Notes: generated by a model from the sequence alone, not told the origin. A stretch of 63,434 nt of DNA, filler included, from Basidiobolus ranarum (GCA_040143965.1; 27 parts of 27 records of this genome joined end to end with filler, not necessarily neighbours in it); one strand, 5' to 3'; positions 35,627-49,460 are shown, counted from the whole stretch's first letter. Numbers and translations are program-made.

Positions 35627-37610
35627 ATTTACCTGATTTCAACAAAGCTATCCTTGCCTTTCAAAAGAAGCAGAGGAAAGCACTCTGTACACTTTGTCTA
35701 CATCTCAGAGACTTTCACTTGAGATACATAAAATCAGCCAAGAACTTCCAAAATGCTTGTGAAATACTTGAGGGACTACATGAGATTAAAAGTTTGGCTA
35801 ATAGGCTATACCTTAGGCACAATTTTTTAATTAAGATGAATTCTGAAGATTCTATGCTTAATCATATAAATTGGATAAAAACTATGGTAAATCAGCTGTC
35901 ATCTGCTGGAGCAACTGTAAATGAAGATAATGTTATCATGACACTACCTGGGAGCCTGCCAGACAAGTTTGGGAAACTCATAATTGCCTTAGAATCAAGA
36001 TCAGAGCCATTAACAATGGAATATGTTGATGCTAGGCTTTTGAATGAGAAATTAAGGGGATCTAATTCCCAGTAAAACAATGCAGAACAGGCATTTTCTG
36101 GAGCTGTAAAATGTCCAACAGGCTTCAGCAATGGTGCCCCTAATAGGAAATTCATCATCTACTAGTATTACAACAAACCTGGCCATTTAATCAATGATTG
36201 TAGAAAAAGGATTATTGCCAAAAAGCCAAAATTGGAAAAAGCATATCAAGTAAGCTCTGATAGGGACCATCTGTGTGTTTGTGCCCTATCAGTAACCACT
36301 AAAGAAGACTCAGAAATGTGGTATATTGTTTCAGGAGCTTCCCAACATATGTCAAACAAGAAAGCTAGGTTTCCAACTTAAAATCAATCCTAAAAAGGAA
36401 TGTCTAGTTAGGTGATGACTATCTGCAAAATTGAATGATGCACTGTATGTATCAAATATAGCCAACAATCTACTCTCAGTAAGCAAAGCAACAACTCAAG
36501 GACTAGGTTTCATGTTCAGCAAGGCTTGATGCACTATCACTGATTGGAATAATAGCAAATCTGCTACAGGGATCAAAACCCAAAACTTTTACCAGCTAGA
36601 AATTAACAAGTTGCAGTTTGAGCATGCAAAGATGGCAAAAACCAGTGAAACAAGCTGTCAAATATGACATATAAGATTAAGCCACATTGGGGAACAAAAG
36701 CTGACCCAGATGATATATAATCAGCTTGCTTCAGGCTTAACAAAAAACAACCTGGATGACATGAAACTGGTTTGTTCCTGGTTTAGAAATTGAAAATATC
36801 ACCAAGTTGGATCTGTGTGAAGATTGCATGTATGCAAAACATCACAGACAGCCATTTTCAAGCTCTGGAGAGATCAACTGCACTTAGAACCTTGCCCTGA
36901 TTCATTCTGGCCTATGTGGGCCCATGAAAAATATCTCACCAGGTGGGAAAAGGTACTTTATTCCCTTTATTGATGTCAAAAGAGCATATAGTTGGGAATT
37001 CTTTCCCAAATTAACAGCTGAAGCCATTGCTACATTCAATTGCTACCAAGCAATGGTAGAGAAAGAATCAGCTCAAAAATTAAGGATACTAAAGAGAGAT
37101 AATAGTGGAGAATTTAGCTAAAAAGACTTTGCTAGTTTTTGTTCTAAACAAGGAATTGGGCAACATAATGTTGTACCTTATACTCCATAGCAGAATGGAG
37201 TTGTAAAATATGCTAATAGGACCATGGTGGAGATGGTAAGATCAATGTTACATGATCAAAAAATAGATTACCAATATTGAGCTGAAACTGTCTCCACTGC
37301 AGTCTATATCAAAAACAGATGAAAATTGGAACCCACTAATCAAGTGCAAAGATGTGATTTTTGATGAATAAGCAAATTGTTCACCTCAAATCACAGTTCT
37401 TGATCCAGAAAACACAATCTGCACTATTAAAGAAGTGTCTGACAAGAGTTCTGCTGTATCTGAGCCCTATTAAACCAAAAGTACAGTCCCAATTACATCA
37501 GAACATGATTCAGGATCCAGAAGATCATCCACAAGGAGAAATCAGCCAGGAAACTGGTGGAACACTTCCAATGATGATGCATATGCTTATGCAGCATTTG
37601 GTTATAAGCA
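35627..37610 (+). mobile_element. Degenerate Ty1/copia gag-protease-integrase
   Basis: SLANRLYLRHNF..LPGSLPDKFGKLIIALESR (UBN2 gag), degenerate Zn knuckle, WYIVSGASQHM, CEDCMYAK, HSGLCGPM, DNSGEF, QNGVVKYANRTMVEMVRSML. Confidence 0.92.
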
Positions 37611-37710
37611 NNNNNNNNNNNNNNNNNNNNNNNNNNNNNNNNNNNNNNNNNNNNTTAATTAATTAANNNNNNNNNNNNNNNNNNNNNNNNNNNNNNNNNN
37701 NNNNNNNNNN

Positions 37711-39030
37711 TTGGATAGTAGTAATGCGTATGCCTGTTGGAGTAAACTCCATTGATTTGACAAAATCTACAGCAAGATAGTACATTGTGCCTGCAAAAAC
37801 CTCCAATTTTACTGATGGCAGGAGTGTCACCAATACATACTATGTTATTATCTTTAATATAATATTCACCCATCTGAACCTTATGAGATAACCACTCAAA
37901 TTCCACAATCAATGGCTCCAAGAACCTATCAATAAGCACTGGTGACTTAGGTCCAGATATGATGGATAGTATCAAAATATTATGACTCTTATACTGTTCA
38001 GAGGGAGGAAGAATTAAGTTGATTAAAATTATTGGCCAGCAAGGATTTCCAATGGTAGATTTGTCTAGTGAGAAACCAACCAGAGCCAATGCAAATGCAT
38101 GCTCATATGTGTTCTCAAAGAAACTGTGACTTTTCAGATTCTGGTAGTGATATCCATCAAATGTATTAGTGATACCTTCAACTTTACGGTGAGTATTTTG
38201 GTATTGAATCAATGATCTATACTTGGGTGATTTCATCAAAACTTTAAGACCGGGAAACAATGGTATGTACACTAAATATAAACAATATTTACCTGATTCA
38301 GTGATTACCAATTGTGTGCAAACAGTATATGACTTCAGGTTTTTCAGATCACCAGTGAAAGCTAAACAACCATTTAGACATGAAGGCAGTTTAATTTCTG
38401 AAGGATGATAAGTCATAAAATTGACAAGTGCTTTCCACTTCAACCTGGTCTGTGGCAAACAACAGTTGCCAATCAACTGTGGTAAAAGTGTAAGAAAACC
38501 AATTAACGCCTGGTTGCAAAGATTGGATCAAACACTCAACTCCTAAAAATTCATAGCCGCTTTCCTTACTGTAGTGTTATGAGTGGACTAATGCTTGCCA
38601 ATAACAAAAAGTCCAGAACAAAACCATCGTTTTCTTCTTCAACTTCTGATATATTACCATGAGTAGGGGAATAACCAAGGTCAACATCAAGCAGCAAGTA
38701 CTCAAAGTTGTGTGAGCTTCCTGGTTTGACCAAATTTGCATTTCTACCTACATTATTCTGGTCATGTAACTGTGGTACCTTCATGGTATCTTGACTTTTG
38801 GCAGTGTTACCAAAACTTTGTGAAAAAGCATAGCAAGTGGACTAAGTGCACAAAACTACAGTCATTTTTGTGCACTTATTACTGTTGATATTAACCAGGC
38901 TTGGTGCAGCTGGTGGCGTTGTACAGTGACTGTGCTTGTGATTATTTTTTCTATGCAGCCTCTGGCTTTCTTAGCATAAGAGTTTTTGACAATAATAACT
39001 GGCCTTCCTTGAACATTTGTGTTGTGGCAT
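37711..39030 (-). mobile_element. CACTA/CMC transposase 5' half, degenerate
   Basis: ATG at 39030 (MPQHKC..), CLNGCLAF..YTVC, HAFALAL(D/V)GF, CWPIILINLILPPSEQYK..ILSIISGPKSP, GDTPAISK, HNVLSCCRFCQING..HYYYP. Confidence 0.9.
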
Positions 39031-39229
39031 CAGAAGGGTATTGTAGAAAAAAAAACACCTCCTATGTAAGGGTGGCATTTTAGGTAAAACCCTTCAATAT
39101 CACCAGCTGATTCTGTGATGGTGTCACAGATGAATCATCAGGGGATTTACATGATTTTTCTGGTAGCGGATGGCAATTTTTGTTTTTATGGACTGTTTCT
39201 AAGCAATTTCATTACCCCAAGTTTACCAT

Positions 39230-39810
39230 CTGAAAATTTCAATGCTACTCAAAAACCATTCAAAATCAAAATCAAAATTGGCCTCCAGGCCAAAGCCTGC
39301 TGGCACAAAAGAAAAAAAACCAGCAAGAAACAAGGACTTAATTGATGAGCAGTCTAGTGATCCACTATCCACTTTGGAAGGTGTTGATATGCCTGAAACT
39401 AACTCAAGTAATGATGAAGCAATAATCCATGTACCATATGTGTTCCTTTCCAGCAATAGTGCTGTCTGGATTCTGATCTCTGCATACCAATCCACTGCAA
39501 ATAGAACTCCTCTATTACTGGATTATGACATCATATCTGCTGTGCCTTACCTTCTTGGCAATCTTGTGTTAGTTCATTCAGATTACCTTATATGCTACTC
39601 ATATTCTTTGGACATTCCATGAAACCTAACCAATCATCTCATCCCACACATAGTGGTTTTCCACCAAGACCTTCCATGGAAGGTCACCTGATCATCCTTA
39701 CATCATCCCTCTTTGTACTGGTCCTTGAAGTCCTCAACACCTCAACTCTTGAACTTGCCACAGTATATTCTCTCTTAAGTATATTATATTTCACCTTGTA
39801 ATATCTATAT
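39230..39810 (+). mobile_element. CACTA internal region with a putative divergent second ORF (5' part)
   Basis: Lies directly upstream of the transposase ATG in the opposite orientation; repeated at 26640-26990 and 42413-42735. Confidence 0.55.
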
Positions 39811-39811
39811 A

Positions 39812-39961
39812 CCCTAACAGAAATTTGAGGATTGTTATTGTAGGAAAACCGTCACAATTTTAATCCATTTGGGATTGACCGTTTACTTACCATCATAAAA
39901 TTGTCAAGTTAGATTTGATTTTAATCAATTTTTTCAGTTTCAGGAGTGAAATTTCAAGATC
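39812..39961 (+). mobile_element. CACTA/CMC left terminus inserted into another copy
   Basis: CCCTAACAGAAATTTGAGG. Confidence 0.9.
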
Positions 39962-40299
39962 NNNNNNNNNNNNNNNNNNNNNNNNNNNNNNNNNNNNNNN
40001 NNNNNTTAATTAATTAANNNNNNNNNNNNNNNNNNNNNNNNNNNNNNNNNNNNNNNNNNNNGGAAGTTTAACGAACACTTGGCACCTCTCAACATGCCAA
40101 AACACCAGCAAACAAAACTCATGGCTCTCCAACCTCAACTGGTACTTTTCAAAGTGTTGAAATTTGCCTCAAAGTTAAAGGCAAGCCAAAAGCCATACAA
40201 ACACCTCAAAGCACCCTCAGTAGTGTAACAGTACAAGGACATTCAAATATAGTAAAAGTGCTTGAGGAGTATTTTCAAAAGTGATGGGAAAAACACAGT

Positions 40300-40844
40300 G
40301 CAAGTATGCAGAAAGTGGCTTCAGAAGAAGAGATTCAACTTGACATTCAATCTGGTGTTGACTGTGCAGATATCTGGAAAGAACTTAATACAGAGTGGCA
40401 CAATATCACAGGGTATCCGCCAGATAGCTGGAAGAATGTTGATTCAGTAATATTAACACAATGGTGGGCTTTGATGGAGATATTGATACAAACTAGTGTT
40501 GGGTATGAGCTAAACCTTGGGTATCAAGAAGTCTGTAAAAATATTCAGGAGAATATATCAAAGAGACTATGGATTTTGAAGGTGACAAATTAGTGTTCAA
40601 GTGCTAATTGTGTAAATTTGAGTTACATTTTTCCCACATGTGTTGATCCATAGTTCTCTGAGATTGTAGCCAATCATGTGCAACTATTTTGCAAGATCTT
40701 GAAATTTTACTCCTGAAATGGATAATATTGATTAAAATCAAATCTAACTTGATGATTTTATGACAGTAAGTAAATGGTCAATCCCAAATGGATTACAGTT
40801 GTGATGGTTTTCCTACAATAACAATCCTCAAATTTCTACTAGGG
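40300..40844 (+). mobile_element. CACTA second-ORF 3' end running toward the left terminus
   Basis: QKVASEEEIQLDIQSGVDCADIWKELNTEWHNITGYPPDSWKNVDS..QWWALMEILIQT, then the reversed left end ..TTTCTACTAGGG. Same arrangement at 58846-59270. Confidence 0.75.
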
Positions 40845-42312
40845 AAATAAGTACAAAAAATTGACTTTAGTTTTGTCCACTGAGTCCACTGACTGTATTT
40901 TTCCTCAAAGTTTTGGTAACATTGCCAAATGTCAAGATACTATGGATTTACCACAGTTATTCAACTAGAACAATGTATATAGAAATGCAACTTTGGTCAA
41001 ACCAGTAAGTCCAGACAAATTTGAGGCCATGCTGCTAGATGTTAACCTTGGTTATTCCAGTACTGATGGTAGTATATCACAGGTTGAAGAAGAAGATGAT
41101 GGTTTTGTTATGGACTCTTTGTTATTGGCAAGTATTTGTCCACTGATAATACTTACATTAAAGGAAGCAGCTTTGATTATTGAGGAGTGGAGAGCTCAAG
41201 CCAATCTTAGCAACCAGGTGTTTATTGGTTTTTGTACACTTTCATCAGAATTGATGGGCAACTGTAGCTTGCCACAGACCTGGTTCAAGTGAAAAACACT
41301 TGTCAATCATATGACTTAAAATTCTTCAGTAATTAAACCACCTTCATGTCCAAATGGTTGTTTGACTTTCACCAGTGACCCAAAAAACTTACAGTCATGT
41401 ATTGTTTGCACACAATTGGCAATCACTGAATCAGGTAAATATTGTTATATTTGACTGACAGACCATTGATTACCCATCTTAAAATTTTGATGAAATCATC
41501 CAAATATAGTTCATTGATCTAATACCAAAGTACTTGCCATAAAGCTGATGGTTTTACTGATATACTTGATTGATATCACTACCAGAATATGAAAAGTCAA
41601 GGTTTGTTCAAGAACACATATAATCATGCATTTGCATTGGCTCTGAATGGTTTCTTGCTATTCAAGTATACTGCTTGAAAGGCTTGCCGGCCAATGATTT
41701 TGAATAACTTAATTCCTCCTCCTTCTGAACAGTAGAAGAGTCATAATATTTTGATACTCTCCATCATATCTGGACCTTTATCACCAGTGCTTATAGATAG
41801 CTTCTTGGAGCCTTTGATAGCAGAATTTGATCAGTTATCTCATGGGGTTCATATGGGGAAATGTGTATTTAAACTAATATTATTTTATGTATTGGTGACA
41901 CTCCTGCCATCAGCAAATTTGGAAGTTTTCATGGGCACAATGCACTATCTTGCTGTAGATGTTGTCAAATCAATGGAGTCTACTCCATCAGGCACACACA
42001 TTACTACTATCCAAATATAAAACTGAACTCCATGATTTTACTGTCAGGAGCCTGTTTAGATTTGAACATGATCACTGATATCAATTCATCAAAAAGTCAG
42101 TTTAACATCAAACTTGGTATTAGCCATAAGACTAAGAAATTATGGCTTAAGGGGATCAGCTGGAGCCAGAGCGTCCCATTAGGCACCATGCACTTACTAT
42201 TCAACAACATTCTAATGATACTCACTCAGCTACAGGGTGGAAAATTCAATACAAATGAGCCATACAAGATAGGATCAAAGTTTGAATTGATTGGGAAGAT
42301 GCTTGAAAACAT
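40845..42312 (+). mobile_element. Degenerate CACTA/CMC transposase, N-terminal to central region
   Basis: CPNGCLTF, HAFALALNGF, ILSIISGP, GDTPAIS, HYYYP, PLGTMHLLFNNI. Confidence 0.9.
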
Positions 42313-42412
42313 NNNNNNNNNNNNNNNNNNNNNNNNNNNNNNNNNNNNNNNNNNNNTTAATTAATTAANNNNNNNNNNNNNNNNNNNNNNNNNNNNNNNN
42401 NNNNNNNNNNNN

Positions 42413-44560
42413 ATACTGAATAGGGAATAAACTGTGGCAAGTTCAAGAGTTGGGGTGCTAGGCACTGTAAGGACCAATACAAAGAGGGATGATGTAAGGA
42501 TGATCAGGCAACCTTCCATGGAAGGTCTTGGTGGAAATACATTATGTGTGGGATGACATGATTGGTTAGGTTTCATGGAATTTTGCAAAGAACATGACTT
42601 CCATATAAGGGAATCTGGATGAACTGACACCAGATTGCAAAGAAGGGATGGCACAGCAGATAGGATGTTGTAATCTAATAATAGAAGAGTTCTATTTACA
42701 GTAGATCAGTATGCCAAGATCAGAATCATGACACACTCTGGATGGTTTCTCACAAAGCAATTATACCATTGGAAAGGTTTGCTGCCCAATAATTTTAATA
42801 AACTCACATCTGCCTCCTTTTGAAATGTTCAAGAGTCATAATATCTTGATACTTTTTGTCATATCAGGACCTAAATCACCAGTACTTATAGACAACTTCT
42901 TGGAGCCTTTGATTGCAGAATTTGAACAATTATCTAATGGGGTTCCAATGGGCGAATATTTTATTAAAGGTAATATCATTGTAAGTACTGGTGACACTCC
43001 AGCCACAGTGAACTGGAGGTTTTTGTAGGCACAATGCATCATCTTGATGTAGATTCTGCCAAATCAATGGCATTTACTCTATCAGGCATACCCATTAATA
43101 CTATCCAAATACAATACTAAACTCCATGATTATACCATCAAAAACCTGGTCAGATTTCAACACAATCACTGTTACCAAATCACCAAATGGTTAGTTTAAC
43201 ATCAAACTTGATATTATCAATAAGCCTAAGATTATATTGCTTGAGGGGATCAGCTGGAGCCAGGCTTCCCTTTAGGCACTATGAACTTGCTATTCAACAG
43301 CATTCCAATACTACTGACTCAGCTATATGGTGGAGAAATTCAATATGAATGAGCCATTCAAGATAGGATCAAAGTTCAAATTGTTTGGCAAAATCCTTGA
43401 AAATGCTAAGATACCATCATATTTTACCAGGACTCTCAACAATATCCACTCATCTAGGTGTTTATTCAAATGCAAAGACTGGAAGTATTAGATATGTATA
43501 TATTCAAGTGAAGTTTTGAGAAGACTTCTGCCTGATAAGTATTGGCAACATTGGGAGTTGTTTGTTGATATTGTGAATATATTCTTACAGTATCAACTTA
43601 CATTGTCAGCACTCTGCCAGATACAGTGACCATGAGAAGATTTTGTAATTGGATATGAAAAATTTTATTACAGGTTTAAACAAGATAGATTGTATCTATG
43701 CTGATATGCAATGAGTTAAGGAGACTCCAGAGTATATTAACCATACAACAAAGGGTTCTTTTCAATGTGCTCATGGGTTTTTGCATTGTTTGAGCACAAT
43801 ATCAGCAACTAAGCCCAATCTATGGACACAGAATAAGTACCTCCATAATTTGGACCAACTTGTTTGTGTGATAATCTGACAGTATTTTTAGGAAAGCTGC
43901 AAGACAGACTTCTTGGAGAGATAGATCAAAATATGCAGTATTGTTGTTTTAGCCATGGGGTAATATATTCCAGGAATGACATATCTACTTGTAGCTGCAC
44001 ATTTCTTGACTGCAAGTTGGGGATATATTGGCTGAATTCTTTATAGATATTTGCCAAAGTCCAAGAGCTTATTGTCATTGTGAACAGTAACCAGAGTCAA
44101 CTATTTGCCAAGTGTCAGTGCCATTCAAAATTTCAGATGTTGAGTAATATTTCTACCATTAGTTTGTTGGTGAGGCATATTGAGGCCATACAGTTATGTC
44201 TAATCAGTCAAGTATGTGCATATGTAGAGACTAAACACAACAAGATTTTTGTATTTTTTGATCCTCATTATTGATGCATTACAAAGCCTAAAATATCTAA
44301 ACAAAGGCATGCATATTAATTTGAATTCCCACAGCAGTAAACCCAGTAATTTGCCATTGGAAAATTAAATTTTTGCAAAAATTGCCAGATATTGAATAAC
44401 CCATGCCAAATCTGAAGATCAATATTTTAACATATATGAATACTGTCAAAATACTGTCAAGAAACCACCATTGCACCACCAAAATACCAGGCAGAATGCA
44501 AGCCACAAATATTGTGATGGTTTTCTGATGGTTTTGCTGTTTTGGAGGGTGGATCTTATT
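42413..44560 (+). mobile_element. Rearranged CACTA copy: reversed second-ORF piece (42413-42735), then transposase central/3' part and subterminal region
   Basis: ISGPKSPVLIDNFLEPL, GDTPA, KDWKY, YWQHW; internal deletion near 43710; right-end subterminal sequence to about 44560. Confidence 0.88.
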
Positions 44561-44564
44561 GGGA

Positions 44565-44662
44565 AAATATGGGCTGTTTGGAGGAACTTTAGAAAAGTGG
44601 AGTTGTGAATAGCTTTGTGAGATAATTATTTATTGACCAGAAATTAAGCATTTATACATTTT
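44565..44662 (-). mobile_element. Diverged copia LTR fragment
   Basis: TTATTTATTGACCAGAAATTAAGCATTTATA resembles the LTR segment TTTATTGAGTAGAAAGTTGACATTTATA. Confidence 0.5.
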
Positions 44663-47199
44663 NNNNNNNNNNNNNNNNNNNNNNNNNNNNNNNNNNNNNN
44701 NNNNNNTTAATTAATTAANNNNNNNNNNNNNNNNNNNNNNNNNNNNNNNNNNNNNNNNNNNNGGGATAGGGGGAGCTAGTGAGTTGACTTTCAATACTGC
44801 AAGGATTTCCAAAACAGGGAGTTGTAGAGATTGTAAAATTTATTTCACTTGGACGGAGATAGAAGCGTCATATTGAACACGGCCAATGTATCTCAGGTCC
44901 ATAGTAGTGTAATTGAGATGGGCCCCCAAACATTCGAAAATTCGATATACCAATTACCTTCACAAAGCATTGTTTGTCAACACTGAGTTGAATGTTATCA
45001 ACATGGATCCTCATCCGATGTTAAACTAATTGACATTTATTAAAGCTTAGTGTAGACAAATCAGCTGAGACAGAAGTGAAATTAAGGTTTTGGAAGTGTT
45101 GACACCGGTAAATTTGAGGAGATGATGCTGATATCTGGCGGGTCAGCCTGGGGTGATAAAATCCACTTAGATAATTAGGTACAAACCGAAGAGTTGCGTA
45201 AAGGACGTGGTATGAGCTGTACCCCCGCATACATAATAAATATGCACATGGTTTGGATGTAGAGCAGTGAAATCAACTTACTACTGATTTGTTGGTTTCG
45301 GCCCATGTGACTTGAGTTTGGAAAGAAAAATTTCTAATGAGGCTTCGGGAATGTTGTGAGCTTCCCTATTAGGATATGTTCTATAGAATCCACCAATTCG
45401 AATGTTGTAGGATGATTGGATTATTGTAACGCTCATTATTTACTTTGCCCATTGATCTTGTACTGTTGGAGGTTCTCAAACTGTAGGGGCTAATTCCCAC
45501 GAGATATTACCTATACATTGAGAAGTTGTGTTTCTGGCGAGAACTTCATGCTTGCAATATGGGTGTTCCATTTGGCACTTGTACCATAAATGTAGTGCTA
45601 CCACTGACATTTAGAGATCCAGAAAGTCAACCAGAATTCACAACCATTAGTGAGCGCGTTTTCTCTGTAGGATGACGTAATAATTAATTGCGGGATTGCA
45701 TCCGGTTTCTATGGTAAGATAGATGCAGGCTTGTAAGTCATATGATATACAATATTACCAATACCGAGTTTGGTGCGCATACCAGCAGTGATGTCCAACA
45801 TAAACGATAAGTCCTGTTTGCGCATAGGAGCGTATAGATGCATATTGGCTTAATGAGAAAGAGGACGCTTGGGAAGTTGTACTCATATACTGAGTGACAA
45901 TTCCAGCTACCACGTGTTAAAGCTAATATTCGCATTGGGGATTATATGATAGTAGTTTAGATGTCAAGTAAGGCAACTGTAAGTTTTTTGTCCTAGCAGT
46001 TGACAGATGCATTACAACTCTTAGTTTACTGTTACATAGATCTTCATGGATGAATTTAACTTGGCTCATATGCCCCATGGTTTGATACTATCACTAGATT
46101 AGATTTTATATGAACATCAGTTCATATATTGAGCCCATTTTTATAAGTATTTGATTATTTTCAAGATAGAAACTCGAGTGTGCAAGTCAAAAATATATAC
46201 ACTTATGCCATTCTGAAATTCTCTAAGCCCTGATTGAAATATTTAGAACCATTTGATGGTTTACTACTACTCAGGTGCAAAAGAGAGTTGTCAATAGTGA
46301 AATTTCCAATATGAAAAGCGGTCAGAAGTAGGAGTGGAGAAGTCTCAGAAGGGTGGAATTTTCCCACTTCAAAATAACATATAGCGCATACAGTTGGAAA
46401 TTACTGTCCCTGTGTTATGGATATTGTGGGAGCCCAAGGTCTATAATGGAACTCTAAAGAATTTGGGTAACTTCACATTTGAATGATGACTTATTCAGCT
46501 ACTAGCAATATGATATTAACTTGATGTGTAAAGCTAAACAGTATTGGAGTATTGCAAAGCACATATTGAGTTCTGAGTTTTGTTTGGAAGGCAGCAAAAT
46601 TGGTGGAAATGATTTAATGATTCTAATACATTTGGCATGCAAAACAAGCAGTAGTTCCGATTTTCTGAGATAAATATTAATTACTCTAAAAATTTGCATT
46701 CATTTGATATATGAAGCTATCATGACAGGTACAGTGCCAGCTAACCAAGCTAAATTATTGTGACAACAAAGTCAAGCTCAATATTGAAAGCTATGCCAGT
46801 CAGTGACAACAATTTAGCATACAACTACTTTTCTAGTCAGCACCTCTAAGATATACTCCCCCTGAGCTACAACTTGCTGTGGGACAGTAATATATATGTC
46901 CTTGTTGGATAATTAATCTTTATTCAACATCATAGTTAACTTTAGTTATGATACATATATCAGAAACAGAAAGCAACGTATCTATAGCCCCTATATTCTA
47001 AATAGGAATATNNNNNNNNNNNNNNNNNNNNNNNNNNNNNNNNNNNNNNNNNNNNTTAATTAATTAANNNNNNNNNNNNNNNNNNNNNNNNNNNNNNNNN
47101 NNNNNNNNNNNACAAGCAACTGATTGGCCTTAGACTTTGTGTTCAGATGCAGTCACCATACTCAATATTTTCCTCTTTGGGAATTACTGCTTGTACCAC

Positions 47200-49360
47200 A
47201 AGTCACCAGACTTTCAACAATAGAGTTAGACAGACTTCTAGTAAAACTCCTATTCTTCAGATCTACAGCTATAGCAACAGGTTTCACCCAAAAATTATGA
47301 GGTAAATATTGTGCATTTATCATAGATCTTGCCATTTCTATTATAGTCCTGTTAGCTCTTTCAGCAACTTCTTTTGTTGAGATGAATAAGGGGCAGTAGT
47401 TTCCTGCTTAATTCCATGAACTTTGCAAAAGTGCTTAAAAGTGTTTATGTATATTCTACACCAATATCAGTACATATATTCTTGATTTTACTTCCAGTTT
47501 CAGTCTCCACAAGTGTTTTAAAATATCTAAAGATAGAGAGAGCTTCTTCTTTTCTTTCCATAAAGTAGACCCAAGTGTTCCTTATACAATCATCAATAAA
47601 TGTGTGCAAATGTCTTTTTTGGCCTAAAGAGAAATTTTGCATAGGTCCACACAAATCTGATTGAATTAGATCTAATTTTTTGACAGATTTGATTAAGCCA
47701 GAGTTCTTGAATGGTTGGCTGGCTTGTTTTCCATATATACACCCTCACAATTTTCCATTTTGGTTGAGGGGTTGATTTGAATTCCGGAAATTAGCCAATT
47801 TTTGATCATTTTGCTATAATGATCAAATCTAATATGGCCAAATCTCTTATGCCATAATCAAATAGTTTCTTGATTGGAATAACTTATATTTACACATAAG
47901 CATCTTGGATTATATGTAAGTTTGTATACTTTCTGATCCTTTTCTCCCAAAGTTTAATAATTCCTATTTTGATCAGTGATGGTACATCTGGACATATCAA
48001 AATTGAATTTTAGCCCTTCTGAGATGGCCTTGCATACAGATATAAAATTCTTGCCAATATCTGGAACATGTAGTACATCCTTAAAAGTATATGCTTTCTC
48101 TTCAGAAGCTCCAGTTAAATTGACTTGAATTGTTCCCATTCCAACAGCATCCAGTGTGCGGTCATCTCCCATGAAAGCCTTTCTAATTGGGATTTCTTCA
48201 TAATCCACAAACCAATGTTTTTCATTTGTGAAATGCTGCAAAGCTCCAGAATCAATATACCACCTCTCAAAATCCTTGTTGATAGTCATAGATAGAACAG
48301 ATATGAACAAGCGATCTTCAGTTGTAACCACATTTACAGATTCTGTATGTTTTTCTTCTTTTGCAATTCTTTTAAAGCAATCTTTGCTTAAATGGACAGT
48401 TCTTTCACAGTAATCTCAGGATGTCTTAGTTTTCTTCCTAAAGTGCTCTTGACCTCTATAGGAAGGTTTCCCATAGCCTATTAAAGTATTTGCTTCGTTC
48501 TTTTGGTTGGATCCTGATTTGTGTAAATCTTAATCCAGAAGTCTGCCAAATACATAATTTAAGGTCAAATTTTCAGTTCTTGTTTCTAGAGCCATTTCTA
48601 GGCTCTGAAACTTGTGTGGTAGGCTATTCAGGACTGTAACTATGCTATCTTGATCAGTAGTAGGTACACCTATGCATTCCATTTCATCCACTAAAATAGT
48701 GACTGTATTAAATAGTGATTTAATGTCTTCTCCTGGCTTCATCTTTAAGTTAAAGAATTGTTGTCTTACAAACATCTTGTGGGCAGTAGAACTTGTTTGG
48801 TAGGTGTTTTCCAAGGCTTTCCATACCATCTTAGTAGTTTTAGCTCTTGAACATTGAATTAGCAATTTGTCATTGACACTAAGACAAGTTGTGTTACAGG
48901 CCCTTTGTTCTTTGTTAACTTGGAGTAAAATTTTGGTTTCAGAAAGTTTTGCATTGTTTTCTTCTCCTACAACAGTGTCCCAAAGTCCTTTTTCTTGCAG
49001 CAGCATTTTCATATTTGTATTCTAAACTTGAAAATTGGTTCTGTCCAAGTTTTCAGAAGAGGGAAAAGTTTGACAGATTTGAGAAGTAGACATTACACAG
49101 AGTGCAAGCTTGGGGCTCATAACCTGTTAAAGTATTTGGGAGCCTGTTGGAAGTGGTTTGGAGAATTAGAGGAATTAGTGATTTTCACTTATTGATTTAT
49201 TGAGTAGAAAGTTGACATTTATAGTTTTGTCAAGATGTAAGCATACTAGCATGTAGAATATGTTAAGGAAGGTCCCAGGAACATGTGTGCAAAGTTTGGG
49301 GCTTCTAGCACAAGTTTGAAAAATCTATATATCTGAGAACTTCTAAGTTGGTAAAAATAT
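47200..49360 (-). mobile_element. Ty1/copia 5' end: LTR (49125-49360), PBS, gag, protease, integrase (degenerate)
   Basis: MKMLLQEKGLWDTV (gag), WYIDSGALQHF (protease), WHKRFGH/CEG (IN Zn finger), SDLCGPM, TFIDD, DIGVEY, AERANRTIIEMARSM. Confidence 0.94.
49111..49124 (-). promoter_or_regulatory. Primer-binding site, half-tRNAiMet (Drosophila copia/hemivirus) type
   Basis: On the - strand the LTR end ..ACTTTAACA is followed directly by GGTTATGAGCCCCA. Confidence 0.8.
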
Positions 49361-49460
49361 NNNNNNNNNNNNNNNNNNNNNNNNNNNNNNNNNNNNNNNN
49401 NNNNTTAATTAATTAANNNNNNNNNNNNNNNNNNNNNNNNNNNNNNNNNNNNNNNNNNNN

